From the NCBI GenBank assembly GCA_963840855.1, contig CAWJBB010000033.1, positions 10,256 through 74,255 of the forward strand: a stretch of 64,000 nucleotides of DNA, given 5' to 3'. Source of the DNA: an uncultured delta proteobacterium. Lineage in GTDB: Bacteria; Desulfobacterota; Binatia; UBA9968. Made by a program: the position numbers and the translations under genes. A model generated the notes under the pieces. The model was not told the origin of the DNA, did not search any database, and was given only the letters and a program-made list of their open reading frames with translations. Numbering within the stretch: position 1 is the stretch's first letter; each line of letters begins with the position of its first letter. Below, piece by piece: positions 38,139-46,510 of the stretch.

Positions 38139-39233
38139 CTACTTGCTCAAGATCCGCTTGAGCGCGGCGGTCACGTCGGGCGGCTGATTGACGATTTCCT
38201 TTGCCAGCGATTCAAGCTCCTCGCCCGCGACCGGCCCGGCCTCCCAGCCGCGCTTCTTTAGCTCATCGTTAAATGCAGGGTCCTTAAACATTTTCGTCCA
38301 GGCCTGGCGCAGAATGTTGACTCGTTCTGCGGGTACGCCCGGTGTCGAAACAATGGGCCGCGAACCAAAGCCCCACAGACCCAGATAGGTCGTGATCAAA
38401 CGCCGCTTGGAGTCGGAAATTTTGTATCGCTCCATCAATTCGAAAACAGTCGGTACGTCGGGAATTTTGGGGTGACGTTTCTCTTCGGTCTGGAGGAGAA
38501 TCCGGACGAAGCCCTTCTTGTGCCAGGTCAAGAATGGTTCGCGGCCGAAGAACCCTTCTATCGTGATGGCGCGGCAGTTAACTTCGCCGCGTTCCATGGC
38601 GAGATCTTGTTCGGAGCCGCCGGGATAGCCGCTTACGACGTTGAATTTCAGCCCAAGAGCGTCTTGCAGCAGACGTGGCAGGTCGTAGCCGGTGCTACCC
38701 ACGCCCGTGGCCGAGCACTTCGGCGGATCGTTGGTGTCGCGCAAATCATCCAAGGACTTAAACGGCGCGTCAGAGCGGATATACAGGAGATGTCCGCCGC
38801 GGTCAGGCGTGCCGATCCAGCTGAATTTCGGCCAGTCGAACTGGACTTCCTTGCTCCCGGTTATTTGCGCAATGATCAGTGCGCCGCCGATCGCGCCCAG
38901 GGTAAGCCCATCGGGCTTGGTGACGTTATAAACATGATTCGCCGCAATCATCGCGCCGGCGCCGGGCATGTTCTGGACGACGAACTCCGGATTTCCCGGA
39001 ATGTGTTTTCCGAGAAAACGGGCATAGGTGCGTGCCCATTGATCGTGGTTGTCGCCGGGCTGGTAGCCGACGATCACGCGCAGCGTCTTACCTTGGTAAA
39101 AATTCGCTTGCGCGAATGCTGGTTCAAGGTTCAAGGGGTTCAAAAGTCCAAAAGTTAGAAATCCGAAAACAGAAAGAACCTTGAACAGGTGAACCTTTGA
39201 ACATTTGAACGAATCGTTGAGCGGATAGTTCAT
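38139..39233 (-). CDS. TctC/Bug family substrate-binding protein (array paralog A)
   Basis: Signal peptide MNYPLNDSFKCSKVHLFKVLSVFGFLTFGLLNPLNLEPAFA|QANFYQGKT. Motifs VVQNMPGAGAMIAANHVYNVTKPDGLT, FDWPKFSWIGTP, PPKCS...GEVNCRA. Confidence 0.85.
   Translation of the reverse strand: MNYPLNDSFKCSKVHLFKVLSVFGFLTFGLLNPLNLEPAFAQANFYQGKTLRVIVGYQPGDNHDQWARTYARFLGKHIPGNPEFVVQNMPGAGAMIAANHVYNVTKPDGLTLGAIGGALIIAQITGSKEVQFDWPKFSWIGTPDRGGHLLYIRSDAPFKSLDDLRDTNDPPKCSATGVGSTGYDLPRLLQDALGLKFNVVSGYPGGSEQDLAMERGEVNCRAITIEGFFGREPFLTWHKKGFVRILLQTEEKRHPKIPDVPTVFELMERYKISDSKRRLITTYLGLWGFGSRPIVSTPGVPAERVNILRQAWTKMFKDPAFNDELKKRGWEAGPVAGEELESLAKEIVNQPPDVTAALKRILSK
39121..39210. repeat. GTTCAAGG-type inverted repeat inside the signal-peptide coding region of paralog A
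   Basis: Arms ggttcaaggttcaaggggttcaaaagtccaaaag (39121-39154) and accttgaacaggtgaacctttgaacatttgaac (39178-39210), with a 23-nt loop. Confidence 0.85.
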
Positions 39234-39254
39234 AACGGCCTCACTTTTGTCAAA

Positions 39255-39652
39255 TTTATTTGCTCAAGAGTTTTTTCAGCCATTCGATCACTTCCGGTGG
39301 TTGATCGATCACTTCCTTGGCGTGGATTTGGCCATCGAACGAGGCGAGGCGCAATGCCCGCCATCACTATTGCGGCGTTTTTGGCGACGTTGTAGACATG
39401 GCATTGGACGCGATTCGTGGCCGGATTGCCAGGAATATGTTTCCCCATGCTGCGGGAATAGGCGCGCGCAAAAAGATCGTGCGTATCGCCGGGTAGATTG
39501 CCAACGACGATGCGAATGGTTTTGCCATGGTAAAAATGCTTGCGCGAATACTCGTTCAAGGTTCAAGGGTTCAAGAGTTCAAGGGTCAGAACGGAGAAGA
39601 GTCCGAGAACCTTGAACCCTTGAACTTTTGAACTCTTGAACTGGTTTGCCAT
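39255..39652 (-). pseudogene. internally deleted, frame-broken remnant of a TctC/Bug paralog (A-like)
   Basis: ATG at 39652 (4 nt after the stop of paralog B) gives MANQFKSSKVQGFKVLGLFSVLTLELLNP. Then ..HFYHGKTIRIVVGNLPGDTHDLFARAYSRSMGKHIPGNPA, a short HVYNVAK piece, and a C-terminal ..ASFDGQIHAKEVIDQPPEVIEWLKKLLSK* in another frame. About 690 nt of a roughly 1.09-kb gene are missing. Confidence 0.7.
39554..39642. repeat. GTTCAAGG-type inverted repeat at the 5' end of the TctC remnant
   Basis: gttcaaggttcaagggttcaagagttcaagggt (39554-39586) / accttgaacccttgaacttttgaactcttgaac (39609-39642). Confidence 0.85.
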
Positions 39653-39655
39653 TTC

Positions 39656-40738
39656 TCATTCGCGCCCGAGCACCCACTTCATACGCTCGATGATTTCACG
39701 GGGCTGGGTCATGACCTCCTTGGACAGGCTCTGCAGCTCTTCGCCTTTTGTTGGATCGACCTCCCATCCCTGTTTGGCGGCTTCGCCCAGCAGATCTGGA
39801 TCGGCGATGGCTTTTGCATAGGCGTCGCGAAGAATCTTAACGCGGTCGGCGGGGGTGCCGGGAGCGGCGCCAATGGGGCGGCCAAGGGTGGCGGCGGTCA
39901 AAATAACTTTGGCGAGACGGCGGCCGGCCTCGGAAGTCTTGTACTGCTGCATCAGCTCGATCAACGTGGCAGTGTCCTTCAGCCGTGGATCGCGCTTTGC
40001 GCCGGTTTGCAGCATGACGCGCACATAGCCGGATTTATGCCAGCGTCTGTACGGCTCGCGGCCAAAATAGGTTGCGAGCAGCGGCGACCAGCAGATGACT
40101 TCATTGCGCTCAATGGCCAATTCAATATCCGGAGCCCCCGGGTAGCCGCTGACGATCTGAGTTTTGATGCCGAGAGTTTCTTCCAGGAGTCTGGGAATAT
40201 AGTGGCCAGTGCTGCCCGTACCCGTGCTGCCGCATTTGGCCGGCTCTTTCGCGTTACGTAAATCGTCGATGGTTTTGAATGGCGCGTCGGCGCGAATGTA
40301 ATGGACGATGTCGTTCTTTTCCGGCGAGCCGATCCAGTTAAATTTTGTCCAATCGAATTTCACTTCGGGTCTGCCCACCAGTTGATCGAAATAGAGCGCA
40401 GGGTTGACAGCCCCAAGGGTCAACCCGTCGGGTTTGGCAACGCCATACACGTAATTGGCGCCGATGATGTTCCCGGCTCCAGGCATGTTCTGCACCACGA
40501 TCGACGGGTGTCCCGGGATGTACTTGACGATGTGACGCGCCGTGAGACGCGCCCAGAGATCGTAACCGCCGCCGGTGGTCGAAGCGACGACCAGCGTGAG
40601 GGTTTTGCCCTGATAGAAGGGTGTCTGGGCAGACGCCCGTTCAATGTTCAAGGGGTTCAAGAGTCCAAGCGCCAGGACAAAGAAGAGTCCGATAACATTG
40701 AACGCTTGAACCCTTGAACTTTTGAACGCCTTAGGCAT
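39656..40738 (-). CDS. TctC/Bug family substrate-binding protein (array paralog B)
   Basis: MPKAFKSSRVQAFNVIGLFFVLALGLLNPLNIERASA|QTPFYQGKT. Motifs VVQNMPGAGNIIGANYVYGVAKPDGLT, FDWTKFNWIGSP, PAKCG...NEVICWS. Confidence 0.88.
   Translation of the reverse strand: MPKAFKSSRVQAFNVIGLFFVLALGLLNPLNIERASAQTPFYQGKTLTLVVASTTGGGYDLWARLTARHIVKYIPGHPSIVVQNMPGAGNIIGANYVYGVAKPDGLTLGAVNPALYFDQLVGRPEVKFDWTKFNWIGSPEKNDIVHYIRADAPFKTIDDLRNAKEPAKCGSTGTGSTGHYIPRLLEETLGIKTQIVSGYPGAPDIELAIERNEVICWSPLLATYFGREPYRRWHKSGYVRVMLQTGAKRDPRLKDTATLIELMQQYKTSEAGRRLAKVILTAATLGRPIGAAPGTPADRVKILRDAYAKAIADPDLLGEAAKQGWEVDPTKGEELQSLSKEVMTQPREIIERMKWVLGRE
40639..40727. repeat. GTTCAAGG-type inverted repeat inside the signal-peptide coding region of paralog B
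   Basis: gttcaatgttcaaggggttcaagagtccaag (40639-40669) / acattgaacgcttgaacccttgaacttttgaac (40695-40727). About 26 of roughly 31 positions pair by hand alignment. Confidence 0.85.
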
Positions 40739-40745
40739 CCTTTAC

Positions 40746-41840
40746 TTACTCCCGTCCGATAACCCATTTCATTCGATCGATCACATTTTGCGGCTGACTC
40801 ACGACCTCTTTGGCCATGCCATCGAGCTCGTCGCCGGTGAGCGGGGCCAGTTCCCAGCGCCGTTTCTTCACCTCGGCCAAAAGCTCCGGATCATTCATGG
40901 TAGCGACGTAGGCCTGCCGCAAAAGCTTCACACGCTCCGCCGGCAGCGCGGGCGGCGCGACGATGGGACGGCCCAGGGTGGCGGCTGTTAAGACCACCCG
41001 CGCGAGGCGCTTGCCCGCCTCCGGGGTTTTATACTGGTCCATCAACTCGTAAATGGTTGGCACGCTTTCCAGCCGCGGGTCACGCTTTCTGCCCATTTGA
41101 ACTAGCACGCGTACGAAGCCTTTCTTGTACCAACTCATGTAAGGTTCGCGTCCGAAGAAGGTTGCGATGAGCGGCGACCAACAGATGACTTCCCCTCGTT
41201 CCACGGCCAGATCGATTTCCGTTCCGCCCTGGTAACCACCGACGATGGTGTGCTTCAGTCCGAGTGTTTCTTCGAGAAGTCGCGGTATGTAATGGCCGGT
41301 GGTTCCCGTTCCTGAACTACCGCACCGAGGTGGTTCCTTGGCCGTCCGAATATCTTCCACGGTTTTATACTGTGAGTCGGCGCGCATGTAATGGAGCGGT
41401 TCGTTCTGTTCGGGAGAACCAATCCAGGTAAACTTAACCCAGTCGAATTTGATTTCTGATCGGCCCACCAACTGATCGAAATAGAGCGCGGGAAGAATTG
41501 CGCCAAGCGTAAGTCCGTCGGGTTTGGCTAAGTTATAAATCTGGTTCGCGGCAACGACGGAGCCCGCGCCTGGCACGTTCTGGACGACAATCTCCGGATT
41601 GCCGGGAATATGCTTGCCGTAATAGCGAGCGAGCAAGCGCGCCCATAGATCATATCCACCGCCGGTTGAGGAGCCGACGACGAGCTTGATGGTCTTGCCT
41701 TGGTAAAAAGGCGTCTGGGCAGACGCCAGTTCAAGGTTCAAGAGGCTCAAGAGTTCAACGACAGAAAAGGCAAGGACTCCGAATACCTTGAACCTTTGAA
41801 CTTTTGAACTCTTGAACCCGTGGAGCGGTGACCTTTCCAT
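40746..41840 (-). CDS. TctC/Bug family substrate-binding protein (array paralog C)
   Basis: MERSPLHGFKSSKVQRFKVFGVLAFSVVELLSLLNLELASA|QTPFYQGKT. Motifs VVQNVPGAGSVVAANQIYNLAKPDGLT, PPRCG...GEVICWS. Closest to B. Confidence 0.88.
   Translation of the reverse strand: MERSPLHGFKSSKVQRFKVFGVLAFSVVELLSLLNLELASAQTPFYQGKTIKLVVGSSTGGGYDLWARLLARYYGKHIPGNPEIVVQNVPGAGSVVAANQIYNLAKPDGLTLGAILPALYFDQLVGRSEIKFDWVKFTWIGSPEQNEPLHYMRADSQYKTVEDIRTAKEPPRCGSSGTGTTGHYIPRLLEETLGLKHTIVGGYQGGTEIDLAVERGEVICWSPLIATFFGREPYMSWYKKGFVRVLVQMGRKRDPRLESVPTIYELMDQYKTPEAGKRLARVVLTAATLGRPIVAPPALPAERVKLLRQAYVATMNDPELLAEVKKRRWELAPLTGDELDGMAKEVVSQPQNVIDRMKWVIGRE
41729..41817. repeat. GTTCAAGG-type inverted repeat inside the signal-peptide coding region of paralog C
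   Basis: gttcaaggttcaagaggctcaagagttcaa (41729-41758) / ccttgaacctttgaacttttgaactcttgaac (41786-41817). Confidence 0.85.
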
Positions 41841-41886
41841 GAATAGTATCAGCCTCCGTGCTCCGATCTAATCACCATTGCCGGTT

Positions 41887-42919
41887 CTACATCCCGATCA
41901 GTTTTTTTACTTTCTCCACGATGTCCGGCGGGGTGGTCATGACTTCTTTGGCAAGCTTGTCGAGTTCCTCGCCGGCGGCCGGGTCGATATCGAGCCGGCG
42001 CCTTTCCGCCTCAGCCAAGAAGGCCGGATCACTGATCGTCTTGTTAAACGCGTCGCGCATGATCTTCACTCGGTCCGCCGGTACGCCCGGAGGGAAAACC
42101 ATGGGCCGGCCAAACTCGTCGGACGCCACCACGACCTTTACGAGGCGCCGAACATTTTCGGAGGTCTTATACTTGTTCATCAGCTCGTCGAACAACGGCA
42201 CGTCTTTAAGCCTTGGGTCGGGGCTGCCGCCCGTCTGGTAAAGCACGCGAACGAAGTTTTTCTTGCGCCAGGTAATAAACGGCTCACGCGAAAAAAAGGC
42301 ATTGATGGTAAAAGCCCGGCAAACGACTTCGCCGCGCTCCACGGCGAGGTCGATGTCCGATCCCGCGACATACCCCGAGACGATGTCGAACTTGGTGCCA
42401 AACGCATCTTCCATGAGCTTTGGCATATAATACGCCGACGAGGTGACTCCGGTTGCGCCGCACTTGGGCGGACTGGACGCAGTTCGAATATCTTCGATCG
42501 TCTTATAGGGCGCGTCGGCGCGCATGTACATGAGACTCTTCGAGCTTACCGGACTGCCAATCCAGATAAACTTACTCCAGTCGAATTTGGCCTCCGGCCG
42601 CTTGGCGAGTTGCTCGAAGTAGAGCGCGGGATAAATCGCGCCGAGGGTTAGACCGTCAGGTTTGGCGATATTGTAAACCTGATTGGTGCCGATCAATCCC
42701 GCCGCGCCGGCCACGTTTTGAATGATGATGTTTGGGTTTCCCGGAATGTGCTTGGGCATGAATTCCGCGACCAGGCGCGGGTAAAGGTCATAGACGTCGC
42801 CCGGCTTGGCGGCCGCTATTATCGTGACAGTCTTACCCTGATAGTAGGGAGTCTGGGCGGATACACTTGGAGACCCACGCGACGAACAAAAGCAGAAAGT
42901 AGATGACGCTCCGATGCAT
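41887..42919 (-). CDS. TctC/Bug family substrate-binding protein (array paralog D), frame break within the signal-peptide codons (as assembled)
   Basis: GAGGAG RBS plus the ATG at 42919 gives MHRSVIYFLLLFVAW.. in one frame. The mature part ..SVSAQTPYYQGKTVTIIAAAKPGDVYDLYPR... is in the +1 frame (track ORF 41887..42942). Removing one G/C at about 42874-42876 restores MHRSVIYFLLLFVAWSPSVSA|QTPYY. Confidence 0.8.
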
Positions 42920-42963
42920 AAAATCTCCTCTTGATGATTCACTCGACGAGCCCGTTTAATTCT

Positions 42964-43992
42964 CTATGTCCCTAATAATTTTTTCATTCGTTCAATGACT
43001 TCCGGCGGTTGTGCGACAATCTCTTTTGCCAAAGCTTCCAGTTCTTCGCCGGGAACCGGATCCAGGTCCAATCGTTTCTTCTTGGCGTCGTCCAAAAGGT
43101 CCGGATCGCGCACGGACCTCATGAAGGCCTCACGGAGAATTTTCACCCGGTCCGCTGGGATACCCGGAGTCGCGACGATGGGACGGCCAATCTCGTTGGC
43201 GGCCAAGATCACCGCAGCCAAGCGGCGCGCGGAATCGGCGGTTTTGTGTTGGTCCATGAGTTCATGGAGAGTTGGAACCTCAGGCAAATTAGCGTCCCGT
43301 TTCTTGCCGGTTTGAATGATTACACGAACAAAACCTTTCTTACGCCAGGTGTGGAAAGGCTCGCGGGCAAAGAAGGCGGCGATCGTGAAGGCGCGGCATT
43401 GTACCTCGCCTCGCTCTACGGCCAGGTCGACATCCGTGCCGGAGTTGTAACCGGTAACGATGTTGAATTTCGCCCCGATGGTCTCTTCCAAGAGCTTGGG
43501 CAGGTAGTAGGCAGATGAAGCCGTGCCTTCGGCGCCGCACTTGGGCGGCGTGGAAGCTTTGCGGATATCCTCGACGGTTTTATAGGGAGTGTCGCTCCTC
43601 ATGTAGAGCAGATGATGCGACACGGTGGTGTTGCCGATCCAGGTAAACTTTTGCCAGTCGAACTGGACCTCCTTCCGTCCGACGAGCTGATCGAAGTAGA
43701 GCGCGGGTTGGATTGACCCGATGGTGAGGCCATCAGGCTTGGCTACCCCGTAGATGTAATTGGCCGCAACCATGGAGGCCACGCCCGGCATGTTTTGCAC
43801 GATGACATTCGGAGTGCCGGGAATATGTTTTGGGATGAACTGGGCAACCAGGCGCGCATAGAGATCATACACACTGCCCGCTGGGGTACCGGCCACAAGC
43901 CGAATGGTTTTACCCTGGTAGAAGGGGGCCTGCGCGTGAAGGCTAAAGGGCCACAGTAACACGACGAGAAAAATGAAAAAGCTCGAAAACAT
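42964..43992 (-). CDS. TctC/Bug family substrate-binding protein (array paralog E)
   Basis: MFSSFFIFLVVLLWPFSLHA|QAPFYQGKT. Motifs IVQNMPGVASMVAANYIYGVAKPDGLT, PPKCG...GEVQCRA. GAAGGTGG RBS. Confidence 0.9.
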   Translation of the reverse strand: MFSSFFIFLVVLLWPFSLHAQAPFYQGKTIRLVAGTPAGSVYDLYARLVAQFIPKHIPGTPNVIVQNMPGVASMVAANYIYGVAKPDGLTIGSIQPALYFDQLVGRKEVQFDWQKFTWIGNTTVSHHLLYMRSDTPYKTVEDIRKASTPPKCGAEGTASSAYYLPKLLEETIGAKFNIVTGYNSGTDVDLAVERGEVQCRAFTIAAFFAREPFHTWRKKGFVRVIIQTGKKRDANLPEVPTLHELMDQHKTADSARRLAAVILAANEIGRPIVATPGIPADRVKILREAFMRSVRDPDLLDDAKKKRLDLDPVPGEELEALAKEIVAQPPEVIERMKKLLGT

Positions 43993-44195
43993 GAAACGGC
44001 CACCTTCTTTCCATACGCAACCGCAGGCTGGTTACCCTCAGTTGTGCCGTGACGTCACTGGGTCGGCGTCTCGACAGGGTAGTCAACGGCTCGTCAATCA
44101 CCCAAAAGTTTGCGCCTCCGCCGGAAATTTGGCCGGAGCATATCCCTCAAGGCTGCCAGGTTGCAACAACCCCGAGGGATTGCCGGTGAAATTTC

Positions 44196-45234
44196 CTATT
44201 TTCCGCCCAGTAACTTCTCCATACGCTGTACGACGTCAGGGGTTGCCGCCATGACCTCTTTTGCCAAGGCCTCGATCTCCGCGCCGGTCGCCGGATCCAT
44301 TTCCAGGCGGCGCTTTTCGGCCGTCGCCAAAAGCGCCGGATCGCTCACCGACTTGTCGAACGCGTCACGCAGTATTTTCAGCCGGTCCGCCGGAACTCCG
44401 GGAGCGGTAACCAGGGGGCGGCCAAACTCGCCGGCGGACAAAACGACTTTTGCCAGGCTTCTTCCGGCGGCCGTCGTTTTATACCGGTCCATCAATTCGT
44501 AGATTGTCGGCGCTTCCTTGAGACGGGCGTCGCGTTTGGCGCCGCTCTGCATCAGAGTGTTGACGAAACCGCGCTTGCGCCAGGAAATGAACGGCTCCCG
44601 GGCGAAATAGGCGGTGATCGTAAAGGCGCGGCAAACCACCTCGCCGCGCTCGACGGCGAGATCCACATCTTGACCGGACTGATAGCCTAACACGATGTCG
44701 AATTTCGTTCCGAGGGTTTCTTCCATGAGTTTGGGCAGGTAATAGCCGGTGGAAGTAATACCGTTGGAGCCGCACTTGGGCGCCGCCGAGGCATTACGGA
44801 TATCATCCATCGATTTATAAGGAGCGTCCGACCGCATATATAATAAGTGGTTCGAGGTGACCGGATTGCCGACCCAGCCGAACTTGGTCCAGTCGAATTT
44901 GGCTTCGGGCTTTTTCGTGAGCTGCTCGAAATAGAGCGCCGGGTAGATGGCGCCGATGGTCAAGCCATCCGGTTTGGCGACGTTGTAGACCTGATTGGCC
45001 GCGATCATCGACGCGGCGCCCGGCACGTTCTGGATAATGATATTCGGATTGCCGGGAATGTATTTCGGCATGAACTCAGCGAGCATGCGCGGGTACAAGT
45101 CATAGGCGTCGCCGGCTTTGGTGCCAACAATAATTGTTATCGTTTTTCCTTGATAAAATGGGGTCTGAGCCTGGGCATGGCCGGCCACGGCAGCTTGCCA
45201 TCAGGATTATTAGAGCGACCAACAAACAATGCAT
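44196..45234 (-). CDS. TctC/Bug family substrate-binding protein (array paralog F), frame break within the signal-peptide codons (as assembled)
   Basis: AAGGAGG RBS plus the ATG at 45234 gives MHCLLVALIILMAS.. in one frame. ..VAGHAQAQTPFYQGKT... is in the +1 frame (track ORF 44196..45188). Removing one base at about 45195 restores MHCLLVALIILMAAAVAGHAQA|QTPFYQ. Confidence 0.8.
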
Positions 45235-45288
45235 TTCGATACTTCCTCCTTAAAAGATTTTCGACCGAACTTTAACATGTTAAAAAAT

Positions 45289-46296
45289 TTATAACCCACT
45301 AATTAATTCGAGTATTTTTTTCACCCGTGCCAGGACATCCGGCGGTTGCTGCAAAATTTGCTGAGCGAGTTTTTCCAAATGCGCGCCGCTCGTAGGATCG
45401 ACATCCATTCTTTGCTTCCGCGTCTCGGCGAGCAGTTCGGGATCTTTCATGGACTGATCGAAGGCCCGCCGCAGCATTTCGACGCGCTCCGCCGGCGTCC
45501 CCGGACCGGAAATAATCGGCCGTCCGAAGGACTCGGCCGCGAGGATCACCTGGGCAACGCGGCGACTGTTCTCGGGCACGTTTTCTTTGTCGAAGATCTC
45601 CGCGATGGTCGGTACATCAGGGATTCTTTCATCACGCTTGGCGCCGGTATAGAGCAGGATTCGAACAAAGTTTTTCTTTTGCCAACTCAAGAACGGCTCG
45701 CGTCCGAAGAAGGGCGACGCGGTCATGCCACGGCACATGACTTCGCCTTTTTCGACCGCGATGTCGATCTCGGACCCGCCGGGATATCCTAAAACAGTAT
45801 TGATTTTTAGAGGCGGCAAGGTGTCCTCCAACATGCGCGCCAGGATGAAATCGGTGCTGACTGTTCCTGTAGAGCCGCATTTGGGCGGCTCTTTGGCGTT
45901 TTTCACGTCCGAGATGGTCTTGTAAGGACTGTCGGCGCGCATATAAAGAATCATCGGTTCCATGACCGGAGAGCCTATCCAGGCGAACTTGCGCAGGTCG
46001 AACTTCACTTCAGGCCGGCCGACGAGTTGGTCGAGATAGAGGCCGCTGCTTGGAAAACCGATGGTCAAACCGTCGGGTTTGGCGACGTTGTAGACGTAAT
46101 TGGTCGCTACGACGGAACCCGCGCCGGGCATATTCTGCACGATGAAACTCGGATTGCCTGGGATATACTTCGGCATGAAGCGCGACAGCAGGCGCGCCCA
46201 ACGATCGTAAAACCCTCCGGTGGTAAAGCCGACCACAACCCTGACCTGTTTGCCTTGGTAAAAGGGAGCGGCTGGGCGTGAACGTGGAAGAGCCAA
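45289..46296 (-). CDS. TctC/Bug family substrate-binding protein (array paralog G), N-terminus without an in-frame signal peptide
   Basis: The mature sequence AAPFYQGKQVRVVVGFTTGGFYDRWAR... is intact. Upstream, an RBS plus ATG (MNRSIWAS.., about 46321) and a ..LWLFHVHAQ piece lie in the two other frames. At least one frame break or a degraded leader. Confidence 0.7.
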   Translation of the reverse strand: MALPRSRPAAPFYQGKQVRVVVGFTTGGFYDRWARLLSRFMPKYIPGNPSFIVQNMPGAGSVVATNYVYNVAKPDGLTIGFPSSGLYLDQLVGRPEVKFDLRKFAWIGSPVMEPMILYMRADSPYKTISDVKNAKEPPKCGSTGTVSTDFILARMLEDTLPPLKINTVLGYPGGSEIDIAVEKGEVMCRGMTASPFFGREPFLSWQKKNFVRILLYTGAKRDERIPDVPTIAEIFDKENVPENSRRVAQVILAAESFGRPIISGPGTPAERVEMLRRAFDQSMKDPELLAETRKQRMDVDPTSGAHLEKLAQQILQQPPDVLARVKKILELISGL

Positions 46297-46510
46297 AGCT
46301 CGCCCAAATAGACCGGTTCATTTGTGCTCCCTGCTCGCATGGGTGCTCGGCCTGGTCGAGATGATTCGGATTGGATCTCGACGGCCGGCGGGTACGAGTG
46401 CGATTGACGTAAGCCTCGCGGAGGGTGACGCCAAGATGAACTGCTGATTAGACTAAGAGATCGCCATGTCGATGCAACTCCATTTCATTCGTCTGGTTTT
46501 CGTCACGACC

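Noticed and set aside
39121-41817. A CRISPR array, suggested by the many short repeated units.
   Set aside because: The units are 7-8 nt and directly adjacent or inverted, not 25-40 nt repeats separated by unique spacers. No cas genes are present.
38139-41840. An integron-like cassette array, with an inverted repeat at every gene boundary of TctC paralogs C, B, remnant and A.
   Set aside because: No integrase or attI is present in the window. The arm ends (GTTCAAG / CTTGAAC) do not fit the attC core consensus GTTRRRY / RYYYAAC, having a pyrimidine at position 4. The repeats lie inside the ORFs as signal-peptide codons rather than downstream of them. Paralogs D-H have no such element.
44049-44058. 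A perfect 10-bp palindrome GTGACGTCAC about 60 nt upstream of TctC paralog E, as a possible operator.
   Set aside because: Perfect 10-bp palindromes are expected dozens of times by chance in 64 kb. There is no second copy near other paralogs.
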